DNA of 51,392 nucleotides from the NCBI GenBank assembly GCA_001872185.1, contig MNVX01000036.1, forward strand, positions 1-51,392, in the 5' to 3' direction. The position numbers and the translations under genes were made by a program. The first letter of the stretch is position 1, and each line of letters begins with the position of its first letter. Shown piece by piece: positions 17,021 through 25,866 of this stretch. Origin of the DNA: Candidatus Pacearchaeota archaeon CG1_02_32_21 (lineage in GTDB: Archaea > Nanobdellota > Nanobdellia > Pacearchaeales > GW2011-AR1). The notes beneath the pieces were generated by a model. The model did no database searches. It saw nothing but the letters and a program-made list of their open reading frames with translations, and was not told the origin of the DNA.

Positions 17021-17713
17021 TTACTTTTTTAGAATAAAGTTGCACTTTGATTTTTCAGCGTTTTCTTCTATTGTTTTTAGTATTTCTCTTATTTCCTGAT
17101 CAGCTTTTTTTGGGTCATGCGATTTTTTTATTATTACATACATTGAATTTCCTAAGTATTTTATTCCGTCATATTTTCCAAGTACATTTTTTATTATTTC
17201 TATTCCATTTGGAGAAATACAGTTTAGAGAGAATTCTTTTTTTAATTCTTTTTCTTTTTCTTTTTTAGAAACAAGTATTTTCTCTATTTTCTCAGATTCC
17301 TCTTCTGAGAAAAATTCTTTTAGTATTTCAGGGTTTTCTTTAGAATTATCCAAGAACTCCCTTAGAGAGTATTTTTCAGATATTTTTTTTATTAGCACTT
17401 CTGCATTTTTTGATATTGTTTTTATTATTCCTTCATAACTTTTCTCCTTTTTAAAATCCTCGAGCACTTCTTTTTGTTCGCTTAATTTAACTCTTCTTAA
17501 ACTTAGGAACAGGTGATTATCTTTAACCTGTAAAACCTTACAAACAATTACTTTATTCGGAACCACATAGTCTCTTATATTCCTTATTCTTCCGGGAGCT
17601 ATTTCACTCATCACAATGCTTCCCTTTATTCCATCAAAAGTTTCCACAAACACAGTTGTTTTAACTATGCCCATTACTCTACAAATTATTATTTCTCCTT
17701 CTTGATAGTCCAT
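17021..17713 (-). CDS. eif2a: translation initiation factor aIF2 alpha subunit (short form)
   Basis: N-terminal S1 domain EGEIIICRVMGIVKTTVFVETFDGIKGSIVMSEIAPGRIRNIRDYVVPNKVIVCKVLQV. A Nop10-like gene lies immediately downstream. Confidence 0.75.
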   Translation of the reverse strand: MDYQEGEIIICRVMGIVKTTVFVETFDGIKGSIVMSEIAPGRIRNIRDYVVPNKVIVCKVLQVKDNHLFLSLRRVKLSEQKEVLEDFKKEKSYEGIIKTISKNAEVLIKKISEKYSLREFLDNSKENPEILKEFFSEEESEKIEKILVSKKEKEKELKKEFSLNCISPNGIEIIKNVLGKYDGIKYLGNSMYVIIKKSHDPKKADQEIREILKTIEENAEKSKCNFILKK

Positions 17714-17752
17714 TAAAAGACACCTCTGGTTTCTTTTAGAAACTTCCTTTTA
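17714..17752 (-). promoter_or_regulatory. TATA-like box plus dyad module upstream of aIF2-alpha
   Basis: Minus-strand sense: AAAGGAAGTTTCTAAAAGAAACC-AGA-GGTGTCTTTTA-ATG. Nearly identical to the module upstream of rps3ae (28378-28415). Confidence 0.5.
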
Positions 17753-17845
17753 ATAGCCAGTGTTTCTATGCGTCCAGCAACCATTACTTTATTTTCCATT
17801 ATAATAGAATAAAAGATGTCTTTAAAAGTCTTTTTGGCACTAGAA

Positions 17846-19162
17846 TTATACTTTAACTAACTCAATTTCCAGTTTCTTTTTCAATTCTTCTAAAAATTCA
17901 CTTTCTTTTTCCTTTGTTATTAAACAGCCTGCAGCAGCATGATGTCCTCCAACCTCTCCCCCAACTATTTCAATTACCGAGTTCAACAGTTCCCTGATAT
18001 TTCTTTCTGATTTTCCAACCATTCTTGCAGATACTTTTATTTTATCTTCATTGTAAGCCATTGCTATTATTGCCTTTCCCTGAGGGTACTCTTTTGAGTT
18101 GGAGATAATGCTTGCTATAGTTCCTATTAAAGTGTCTTTTATTTTATCTTCTGCATTAATAATAAGATAGTTTTCTCTTTCTATTCTTTTTAGTATCGGC
18201 AGTGAGTTTAAAGCTTTCACTATATTCTGCTTGTGCTTTGTGTAAATACTATCTACTTTTTCTTTAGAATTTCTTTTTTGCAGGCAAAAAGAGATGGCTG
18301 TTGCACTTTCCCCAAGACGGCTGCATGAGTTTATCATCGCGCTAATTTGTCTTGCATCTTCCAAACGACTGAAGAAACTAATTAAGAATATGTTTCCTAT
18401 AAGATCTTCTATTGATCCCTTGTCTGTTCTGTGAACTGTTATAGCAGTTATTAACTTTGATGTTTCTTCCTCATTTAGTTCTATAATACTTTTATATTTC
18501 CCATTAATTGTTCCTATTCCAATTTCTCTTAAAAATACAGCAGCTCCTTCTGAAGAGCCTGTTACTTCTGGAATAAATATATCTGAACTATACTCAAGTA
18601 TTTTATTTAATGGTCTTGTGGCAGGGTATAGTGTAATTCCTTTCTTTACATCAATACTGGCATCTTTTAGAATTTGGTTGTATATTTTACCAATATTCTT
18701 GTCCATTTGATCTCCAACCATTCCAATTATTGCAAGGTAAGCTAAATCTGTATTTTCTTCGCTAAGTTCTTTGGCAAATAAGTATGCAAGTCCTGCTCCA
18801 CTTATCTCTTCTTCGTTAAACAAATGCGGATTTATTATAGTAACATTTTCTGGAATTTCAGAAATTAGTTCGTGATGATCTAAAATGAAAACTTTTGTTT
18901 TTAATTCCTTTAAATAATTAAAACTGTTAGAAGCTAGGTCTATAAATAGAATAATATGGTCTTCTGGCAACCCTTTTATTGTTGATTCTTCAAGTTGCTT
19001 AACAACTGTCAAGGAAAATTCTTTATCAAGTCTTTGTAAAGCCATTGTAATTATTGATGCTGAGGTTATTCCGTCGGTATCGTGGTGACTTATGACTTTT
19101 ATCGGACTATTTTCAGTTTCCTTGAGGAATTGGTAAGCAAAGTCTTTTATTGCTTTTAACAT
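17846..19162 (-). CDS. RecJ-like DHH/DHHA1 phosphoesterase (GAN/Cdc45-like)
   Basis: DHH motifs SHHDTDGITS, FIDLAS and ILDHHE, plus DHHA1 GGHHAAAG. Adjacent to rps15, as in many archaea. Confidence 0.8.
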   Translation of the reverse strand: MLKAIKDFAYQFLKETENSPIKVISHHDTDGITSASIITMALQRLDKEFSLTVVKQLEESTIKGLPEDHIILFIDLASNSFNYLKELKTKVFILDHHELISEIPENVTIINPHLFNEEEISGAGLAYLFAKELSEENTDLAYLAIIGMVGDQMDKNIGKIYNQILKDASIDVKKGITLYPATRPLNKILEYSSDIFIPEVTGSSEGAAVFLREIGIGTINGKYKSIIELNEEETSKLITAITVHRTDKGSIEDLIGNIFLISFFSRLEDARQISAMINSCSRLGESATAISFCLQKRNSKEKVDSIYTKHKQNIVKALNSLPILKRIERENYLIINAEDKIKDTLIGTIASIISNSKEYPQGKAIIAMAYNEDKIKVSARMVGKSERNIRELLNSVIEIVGGEVGGHHAAAGCLITKEKESEFLEELKKKLEIELVKV

Positions 19163-19179
19163 CCTCTCTTTTCTTTATT

Positions 19180-19542
19180 TTAATTGTTTTTTGATTGATA
19201 GATTTCTAGCTTTCTTCTTAGACCAACAAACTTCACAAGCTCTCTTTTAGCTCTCTTGTCCTGTTTGTTTTTGCTTAAGTGTTTTTCCAAGGTAGATATT
19301 TTTTTGCCAACAATCTTTAAATCATTATCATAGTTAACTTTATTTTTATCAAGTATTGCAGTTATGCTTATTCCAAGAGTCTTTATTTTATCAACTCCAT
19401 AATTCTTTTTTAGTTCAATGCCTATTTTAGATGGAGTTAAACCCTTTTTACCCAAGTCTACAACTGTTTTTTCTATATCTTCCAGTTTAGCTCTTTCTGT
19501 TGTTTTTTTGCCAACATCTTTGCTTGTTTTTTTCTTTGCCAT
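19180..19542 (-). CDS. rps15: 30S ribosomal protein S15 (uS15)
   Basis: LGKKGLTPSKIGIELKKNYGV...LEKHLSKNKQDKRAKRELVKFVGLRRKLEIY fits the S15P/S13e pattern. Confidence 0.85.
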   Translation of the reverse strand: MAKKKTSKDVGKKTTERAKLEDIEKTVVDLGKKGLTPSKIGIELKKNYGVDKIKTLGISITAILDKNKVNYDNDLKIVGKKISTLEKHLSKNKQDKRAKRELVKFVGLRRKLEIYQSKNN

Positions 19543-19625
19543 CTTATACTCTTCTTTCTTTTTCTTGGTTTTTAAAGATTTGGTTTTTGGCTGTTTTTAG
19601 CTTCTAAAACCTATAGGAAAGTTTT

Positions 19626-20339
19626 TTAATACTTTAAATTTAAGTTGTGATATAGCCCTGTAGGATAGCGGTCAAGTCTACGAGCCTTTGGAGCTTGTGA
19701 CCCAGGTTCGAATCCTGGCAGGGCTATTTCTCTTCTTTTAATAGCATTTTTAATTAATTGGCTTGTAACACTTTCTAAACTTTCAATTGCCAAGTTATAT
19801 GCTTCAGGACCGTTGAAATAATCTCCTTTATATTTCCCATTTTTATTGAAGAAAGTTACAGCAGCATTTACATTTGTTGCAGGGTTTTCTCCAAGTCTGA
19901 AATCTGACCTAATACCAAACACTGGACCATGTACAGAGGCAAAGTAAGCTACTTCTGAGCTTAATCCGTCATCAACTCCATGGCTTCCATCATAGAGAGC
20001 TATCATTATTTTTGAATGAGGCATTAAACACCCATAATTTACCTCACCTATTGATTGGTTAAACTCTCCCCATAGTCTTTTATTTTCTTCTACAGGTAAC
20101 CTTTCATCAAATACTGCCTGATTCAAAAATTCTTCGCAAGCCTGGAAAGGACATAATGCAAGTATACTTATCTGAGATAGTTGTTGATAGAATCTTTGAA
20201 GAAATTGTCTTCCAGGAACATTAAATCCCATTTGGCTTCCTACATATGCAGGAACCATAAGTCCAGAATCGGTTTCCACAAGTTTATCTTCACTAAAAGT
20301 GTTATTTCTTATTATAGAAGGAACTTTTCTTGAGTCCAT
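19626..20339 (-). CDS. nucleoside 2-deoxyribosyltransferase-like protein; 3' end runs antisense through tRNA-Gln
   Basis: IMIALYDGSHGVDDGLSSEVAYFASVHGPVFGIRSDFR resembles the NDT-family core. The last ~34 codons (EIALPGFEPGSQAPKARRLDRYPTGL...) are the reverse complement of the tRNA gene. Confidence 0.45.
   Translation of the reverse strand: MDSRKVPSIIRNNTFSEDKLVETDSGLMVPAYVGSQMGFNVPGRQFLQRFYQQLSQISILALCPFQACEEFLNQAVFDERLPVEENKRLWGEFNQSIGEVNYGCLMPHSKIMIALYDGSHGVDDGLSSEVAYFASVHGPVFGIRSDFRLGENPATNVNAAVTFFNKNGKYKGDYFNGPEAYNLAIESLESVTSQLIKNAIKRREIALPGFEPGSQAPKARRLDRYPTGLYHNLNLKY
19654..19726 (+). tRNA. tRNA-Gln (anticodon TTG)
   Basis: Cloverleaf readable by eye: acceptor AGCCCTG/CAGGGCT, anticodon arm CGAGC-CTTTGGA-GCTTG, T arm CCAGG-TTCGAAT-CCTGG, discriminator A. 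Confidence 0.9.
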
Positions 20340-20386
20340 TTTATTGGCAATTTTATAATGCTTAAAAGTATTTCTGTGGTCTATTT

Positions 20387-21007
20387 TTAATATTTATCTT
20401 TGTATCTTCCTCTAGACTCTACTTTTTTTAGCTGTTCAAAAATTTTTGAGTAATCTTTTGAGGTTTTATAGCCCAATTCAATATTTTTCCAGTATTCCTG
20501 CCAATTTTTGAAATGCTTTGCTTCTAATGCTTGTTTTATTAAATGCAAATCTACTGCTTTATCTTCTATTCTTAGAGAGATAAATCCTAAACCAAAATCA
20601 ATAAACCAGACTTCATTATTTTTATCTAATATCATATTTGAAGTTGTTAAGTCTCCATGAATGATATTATTGTTGTGAAGTTTCGCTATTGATTCTCCTA
20701 TTTTTTTACATGTTTCTTTTGCTATTTTTTTATTTAAATTATCCAGATGTTCAGATAGCTTTTTACCCCTAATATAACCAAGAGTAATTTTTGATTCTTC
20801 AATTTTTTTTAATTTTGGTACGTTAATTATTTTAGAGGCTGTTGCCAGTAGTTTGGCTTCTTTTCTTGTTCTTTTAACCCTTATTTTATTGTCTAATTCG
20901 GGCAAGCGATATTTTTTCACAATTCTATCTTTTATTATTTCATTTCCCCTTTTTATTATGACTGCTTCTGCACCCTGCTGGATTATTTTAAGTTTTTCAG
21001 GTTTCAT
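20387..21007 (-). CDS. bud32: Bud32/PRPK-type Kae1-associated kinase (KEOPS)
   Basis: GAEAVIIK, KRTRKEAKLLA, IIHGDLTTSNMIL and FIDFGLG motifs in a ~200-aa atypical kinase. Confidence 0.85.
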   Translation of the reverse strand: MKPEKLKIIQQGAEAVIIKRGNEIIKDRIVKKYRLPELDNKIRVKRTRKEAKLLATASKIINVPKLKKIEESKITLGYIRGKKLSEHLDNLNKKIAKETCKKIGESIAKLHNNNIIHGDLTTSNMILDKNNEVWFIDFGLGFISLRIEDKAVDLHLIKQALEAKHFKNWQEYWKNIELGYKTSKDYSKIFEQLKKVESRGRYKDKY

Positions 21008-21021
21008 TTTAGAATTATTAG

Positions 21022-21240
21022 TTAAGAAAAAAGTTCTTCAGAAGTTAGTTCTGCTGATTTAATTATTTGGTGTAAAGTTCCTAATTTAAGGTTTGGATGG
21101 TTTGGAACTGTTATTTTTATTGTTTTATTTTCTAAATTTTTTTCTAACCTTATATGAGAACCTTTTTGCCTTGTAACAACGAAACCAAATTTTCTGAGTT
21201 TTTTAATTAATTCTTTGCCAGAAATTTGGGGTAATTTCAT
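21022..21240 (-). CDS. hicA: HicA-family toxin (mRNA interferase)
   Basis: ISGKELIKKLRKFGFVVTRQKGSHIRLEK is the HicA signature. 4-nt overlap with the upstream HicB-like gene. Confidence 0.85.
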   Translation of the reverse strand: MKLPQISGKELIKKLRKFGFVVTRQKGSHIRLEKNLENKTIKITVPNHPNLKLGTLHQIIKSAELTSEELFS

Positions 21241-21452
21241 ATTTCAATGACTTTTTCCTTTATGTTATCCTTATAGATAACTATTTCATTTTCATCGGCT
21301 TCTAAATACAATCCTATTGCTTCTTTTATGTTAGCTATAGCTTCATCTACTGTTTCTCCTTGAGAGATACATCCGGGAAGTGAAGGAACATATACTGTAT
21401 ACCCCCCTTCTTTCTGTTCTTCTAACATAATTTTAATTTCCATTATTTCCAT
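21237..21452 (-). CDS. hicB: HicB-family antitoxin (UPF0150)
   Basis: EGGYTVYVPSLPGCISQGETVDEAIANIKEAIGLYLE is the HicB N-terminal domain pattern. Confidence 0.8.
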   Translation of the reverse strand: MEIMEIKIMLEEQKEGGYTVYVPSLPGCISQGETVDEAIANIKEAIGLYLEADENEIVIYKDNIKEKVIEI

Positions 21453-21564
21453 AGTTTGACATTGTTTATAAATTTTGCTTCTGCACCTTGCTGGATTATT
21501 TCCTGTTTCATTGTATATTTTTTAGTTCTATAATACTTAAATAGCCTTTTATAATTTTTTTGTA

Positions 21565-22218
21565 ATGGAAATTCCAAGAGGAAATTTAATTATGAGAACA
21601 AGAGAGAATTTGGATTATTTAGTTGACAAACTGGTAGTTGATAGATTGGTTAGAGAAGGGATGATTACTACAGGGGGTTTAAGACTATTAAAACCAGATT
21701 ACTGTTCAATTCCAGAGGTTAAATTTTCTTTTTTGTCAGATAAAAGATTTTTTGATTCTAGATATTATAAAGAATTTGAAAGTTTTATGCCTAATGGATT
21801 CAGTATAGTCGGAGAGCCTAAAGATGAAAGTGCTTTTGTTTATGTATTAAGAGAAACAGGACTTGCAAGAAATGGAATGAGAAATATCCATAGTGCTAAT
21901 TTTTTAGATATTATTGGGAAGGGGGGATTTAAATCTGTTAATTCTTTGTCTCCGGTTAAAGAAGATATTGTCCTGTATTCTCCTGTTAAAGATGATATTA
22001 TCCTATATTCTCCCTTTGAAGCTGATTTTACAGGTTATAATCATGCTGGAATTTATAATGGAGATGATAAAGTCAGGTCCAGATGGGGGTTTGGAAGTCC
22101 TGTAATTGAACATCCTTTAAAAGATTATATAGGAAATATCATAAAAGTTGGTTGTGGGGAGCATGAAGAATTTATGAATGGACAGACTATTTTTTATCGA
22201 AAATCAAAAGCGGCATAA
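21565..22218 (+). CDS. hypothetical protein with internal 10-aa tandem repeat; possible papain-like/NlpC-P60-like C-terminal motif
   Basis: SPVKEDIVLY-SPVKDDIILY-SPFEADF followed by NHAGIYNGDDKV, which resembles the HxGIY segment of NlpC/P60-type hydrolases. Weak evidence. Confidence 0.35.
   Translation: MEIPRGNLIMRTRENLDYLVDKLVVDRLVREGMITTGGLRLLKPDYCSIPEVKFSFLSDKRFFDSRYYKEFESFMPNGFSIVGEPKDESAFVYVLRETGLARNGMRNIHSANFLDIIGKGGFKSVNSLSPVKEDIVLYSPVKDDIILYSPFEADFTGYNHAGIYNGDDKVRSRWGFGSPVIEHPLKDYIGNIIKVGCGEHEEFMNGQTIFYRKSKAA
21949..22008 (+). repeat. 2 x 30-nt in-frame tandem duplication (partial third copy follows)
   Basis: tctccggttaaagaagatattgtcctgtat / tctcctgttaaagatgatattatcctatat. Confidence 0.85.
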
Positions 22219-22343
22219 TGTCAAGAACTCTGCGCTAAATCACCTCGTGCCCGGATTTTTGTTATGCTTAAAAATGCCTCTGCTTTTTTTGGACTAAAAT
22301 CACAAAGTGTGTGAAAAGAGCATTTTTAATTATTCTTTTTTTC

Positions 22344-23723
22344 TTACTTAAATTTCATGAACTTTTTCTTCCCAAATTTCTTGGCTAGTTTCATCATGTC
22401 TTTTTGAGACATTTGAGATGGGTCCAATATATCACCAAGACCTTTAGCTCCTTTTGCTAAGTCTTTAATCATTTTGAATTGTTTTATTAACTGACGGATA
22501 TCACCAGTAGTTGTGCCAGATCCCTTTGAAATTCTGCTTAAACGAGATGTCTGCTTTTCAAGGAGGTCTGGATTTTCTTTTTCTTCCAAGGTCATTGAGT
22601 CTATTGCATGTTTCCATTTTTTTAATTTTTCTTCCTGTGCCCCAAGAAGTTCATCTGGAATTTTTGCTTTTCCAAATCCAGGAATTAATTCTTTAATTTT
22701 GCTTAAAGAACCCATAGACTGCATAGAGTTTAGTTGTTCGTAAAAGTCATTTAGTGTAAACTTTCCCTCTTCTAAATTTTGCAGAGTTTTTTTCTGTGCT
22801 TTTTCGTCTGTTACTGAGCGAACTTTTTCCAACAAACTTTCAAGATCTCCCATTCCCAAAAGTCTTGAAACAAATGTTTTAGGATTAAACAGTTCTACAT
22901 CACCAGTGTGTTCCCCTGTTCCTATAAAATAAACAGGCGCGTTTACTTCATGGCAGGCTGTAAGTGCTCCTCCTGCTTTTGCACTTGAGTCCATTCTGGT
23001 TATTATTACTCCATCTACTTTAGCAGATTCTTTAAATTTTTGAGCTTGAATTTTAGCTGCCTGACCTATGTCTGCAGCAATAATCAAAATAGTATGTGTT
23101 GGGCTTATTTTTTTAGAAAGCAATTGTATTTCTTTTGTTAAAGACTCTTCCAGAGCATCTCTTCCAGCCGTGTCTATTAGTATCAGGTCATATTTTTCCA
23201 GTTTATTTTCATGCTTTTCATATATTGAAGTTGGGTTTTTTGTTTCTTTATCTATGAAAACTGGAACATCAATTTTTTTCCCTAACTGCTCAAGTTGTTC
23301 ACTTGCAGCTGGACGATGGACATCTAAACCTAAGATAGCAACGCTTCTTCCTCTTTTTTTATAATAGGCTGCCAGCTTTGCAATTGTTGTTGTTTTTCCA
23401 GTTCCATAAAGACCTACAAACATAATTTTTTCCTTTTTTCCTAAAATGAGCTCTTTTTTATCTCCACCCAAAATATTTGTTATTTCATCATTCAGCAGTT
23501 TTATGAGATGTTCCTTTTTCTCAACACCTTTAGTGTATTTTTCTCCTTCTTTCTTAATCTTATCTGATATTTCCTTAACTAAAGAGAGATTTACATCTGC
23601 TGTAATCAGCGATCTTTGTAAGTCTTTTGCAATTGATTCGACAAGAGTTTTATCTACAAAAATGGCAGAGCTAATCTTATCTACACTTTTTCTTAGTACA
23701 TTCCCTAATCCTTCCAGTACCAT
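22344..23723 (-). CDS. srp54: signal recognition particle protein SRP54
   Basis: NG domain with GLYGTGKTTTIAKLA, DTAGR and TRMD, plus a Met-rich C-terminal M domain. Confidence 0.95.
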   Translation of the reverse strand: MVLEGLGNVLRKSVDKISSAIFVDKTLVESIAKDLQRSLITADVNLSLVKEISDKIKKEGEKYTKGVEKKEHLIKLLNDEITNILGGDKKELILGKKEKIMFVGLYGTGKTTTIAKLAAYYKKRGRSVAILGLDVHRPAASEQLEQLGKKIDVPVFIDKETKNPTSIYEKHENKLEKYDLILIDTAGRDALEESLTKEIQLLSKKISPTHTILIIAADIGQAAKIQAQKFKESAKVDGVIITRMDSSAKAGGALTACHEVNAPVYFIGTGEHTGDVELFNPKTFVSRLLGMGDLESLLEKVRSVTDEKAQKKTLQNLEEGKFTLNDFYEQLNSMQSMGSLSKIKELIPGFGKAKIPDELLGAQEEKLKKWKHAIDSMTLEEKENPDLLEKQTSRLSRISKGSGTTTGDIRQLIKQFKMIKDLAKGAKGLGDILDPSQMSQKDMMKLAKKFGKKKFMKFK

Positions 23724-23769
23724 GTAAAAATGAGCTAAATTAAGGTTAATAAAGTTGCGGTTTAGTGTT

Positions 23770-24963
23770 TTAATCTAAGCCTAAATTAGATATTATTTCT
23801 TCTTCTGAAAATACTTCAAGGTCTTCATAATTTTGGCCAACTCCCAGCATTAGTATGGGCTTTCCAGTTACAAATCCCACAGATATAGCTGTTCCGCCCT
23901 TTTCATCTACATCTGCCTTTGTGAGTATTGTGCCGTCTATGTCAAAATTTTCATCGAATGTTTTTGCCTGTTCTGTTGCATCGTTTCCTGTAATAGCTTC
24001 TGCGACAAATATTTTCAAATCAGGCTTAGTAACCCTGATTATTTTTTCCATTTCTTTTAGCAAATTGTCTTTAGTATGCATCCTTCCAGCTGTGTCTATT
24101 AGCACTACTTTAATTCCATGAGACTTGGCGTATTTTATCGCGTCAAAAGCCACTGCTGTAGGATCTGCGCCATAATCCTGACTTATTACTTTAATTCCAA
24201 TTTTCTCTCCATGTTTGTTTAATTGCTCTATTGAAGCTGCTCTAAAAGTGTCTCCTGCTGCCAGAACGCATGAGAGGTTGTTTTTCTTAAGTTTATGGGC
24301 CAGTTTTGCAATTGTTGTTGTTTTTCCGCTGCCATTTATTCCAAAAAATAGTATTACAAAAGGCTCGTCTTCTTTATCCTTTATTTTTTCAATAATATCA
24401 AAAGGATTTACGAGTATTCTTTGTATAGAGTTTTTCAGAGATTTTTTTACCTCTTCTTCTATATCGCTTTTTTTTATTTCAATATTAATCAGGTCTTTCC
24501 CCATGTCTTCTTTTATTTTGTCTACTACTGACAGGGCAACATTGTTTTCTAATAAAATCTGTTCAAGTTTTTCGAAGAATTCATTAAATGTTTCATGATC
24601 TAGCTTAGAAGTAAATTTTTTCTTAAACTTTGAAAAAAACCCAATCTTTTCTTCAGAATCAGGCTTTTCCATTTCTTCTGCTTTTTCTTCTATTTCCTGT
24701 TCTAGCCTATTGATTTCTTTCTCTTTTTTAAGTCCAGTTTCTGTAATGTAGTCTATTTTTTCTTGATTTTCTTCCTTATTCTCTTGCTTTTCTAATGTAG
24801 CTGATTCTTCCTTCTCTTTTTTCTTGATTTTTTCTTTTTTTGCCCTTTCTAAACTTTTCTTTTCTTTTTTCAGTGATTTTGCTTCTTTAGTTTCCTCTAT
24901 GTCTTTGGTCTCTTTGCTACCCTTTATTAAACTACTTAACTTTTCTTTTAAGAACTTAAACAT
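23770..24963 (-). CDS. ftsY: SRP receptor FtsY
   Basis: Lys/Glu-rich N-terminal region, then an NG domain with GINGSGKTTTIAKLA, DTAGR and TKAD. Confidence 0.95.
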   Translation of the reverse strand: MFKFLKEKLSSLIKGSKETKDIEETKEAKSLKKEKKSLERAKKEKIKKKEKEESATLEKQENKEENQEKIDYITETGLKKEKEINRLEQEIEEKAEEMEKPDSEEKIGFFSKFKKKFTSKLDHETFNEFFEKLEQILLENNVALSVVDKIKEDMGKDLINIEIKKSDIEEEVKKSLKNSIQRILVNPFDIIEKIKDKEDEPFVILFFGINGSGKTTTIAKLAHKLKKNNLSCVLAAGDTFRAASIEQLNKHGEKIGIKVISQDYGADPTAVAFDAIKYAKSHGIKVVLIDTAGRMHTKDNLLKEMEKIIRVTKPDLKIFVAEAITGNDATEQAKTFDENFDIDGTILTKADVDEKGGTAISVGFVTGKPILMLGVGQNYEDLEVFSEEEIISNLGLD

Positions 24964-25054
24964 GTAATTATAATAAATAGATGACTTATAAATTTTGTTT
25001 TATCTATCACTCCATAACCATAATGGTTTTAAATTTTCCAAAACTAGGATAATC

Positions 25055-25621
25055 ATGGTTAGCTATAATGATATATATGAATGCCTGAGAAAAGAGAGAT
25101 ACAGCGAGCAGCTGCAGCCATTGCCAGCGAAATTTGTCAGCCAGACAGCTGAGTATATTCAAGAAAAGAAGAAACTTGCAAGCCAATCTGGAGATCTGTT
25201 TTCTGATGAGATTGTAAAAACCAAGAAGCAACTTGAGAATGCAATATCTATATTTAAAGAGCTTATTCTAATAAGGAAGAAGAAGCTTCTTGGTCTTGTC
25301 TTTGTTGCCTCTGAAACTGGAATAAGCAAGAGAGACTTTGAAAATATGCTTCCGTTTGAGAAAGAGCTTTTTGACAATGTTATGATTTCTATAGAGCAGG
25401 CTGAAAAAGTTGTATCAAGGGAGTTCAGCAACGGCAATGGTGTTTCAAATGAAGAAAGAGAATTAAAGTTAGTTTTATTTCTTGAAGATATGGAGAAATT
25501 TGTTGGTTTAGATGGCAGAGATTTTGGACCATATAAAAAAGGAGACATTGTGAATATTCATAAAAAAATAGCAGAAATACTTATTGGAAGCGATAAAGCT
25601 GAGTTAGTCATAGACGAGTAA
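25055..25621 (+). CDS. GINS complex subunit-like protein (Gins51/Gins15 type)
   Basis: ATG 25055; the track ORF from 24995 is an upstream extension. N-terminus YECLRKERYSEQLQPLPAKFVSQTAEYI and C-terminus GPYKKGDIVNIHKKIAEILIGSDKAELV resemble the archaeal GINS A and B domains. Confidence 0.5.
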   Translation: MVSYNDIYECLRKERYSEQLQPLPAKFVSQTAEYIQEKKKLASQSGDLFSDEIVKTKKQLENAISIFKELILIRKKKLLGLVFVASETGISKRDFENMLPFEKELFDNVMISIEQAEKVVSREFSNGNGVSNEERELKLVLFLEDMEKFVGLDGRDFGPYKKGDIVNIHKKIAEILIGSDKAELVIDE

Positions 25622-25651
25622 GTTTATTAACTCTGCACAAGTTTATTTATT

Positions 25652-25846
25652 ATGGATACTGCCAGAGTAACTAGTGGAATTATTCTGCTAATTGCAGGAA
25701 TTAGTTTATGTATAGCTGGTTTTTTTAGCCATTGGTTTTTTATATATGGAGCAATTTTAATTATTGTAGGAATTTTACTTTTAATTGATATTGGAAAAGA
25801 GAATAAAATTGAACAAATAACTTATGGAAAGAGAAAAGTTAAATAG
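25652..25846 (+). CDS. small two-TM membrane protein
   Basis: Two hydrophobic helices and a basic tail. Confidence 0.4.
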   Translation: MDTARVTSGIILLIAGISLCIAGFFSHWFFIYGAILIIVGILLLIDIGKENKIEQITYGKRKVK

Positions 25847-25866
25847 CAAGAATTATTTGATTTAAC

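Noticed and set aside
22219-22343. The locally GC-richer spacer between the hypothetical gene and SRP54 (gcgctaaatcacctcgtgcccgg) was considered as a possible SRP RNA, other ncRNA, or tRNA fragment.
   Set aside because: It is too short for an SRP RNA. There is no cloverleaf or extended helix that I can fold by eye. The convergent gene ends make a termination region the simplest reading.
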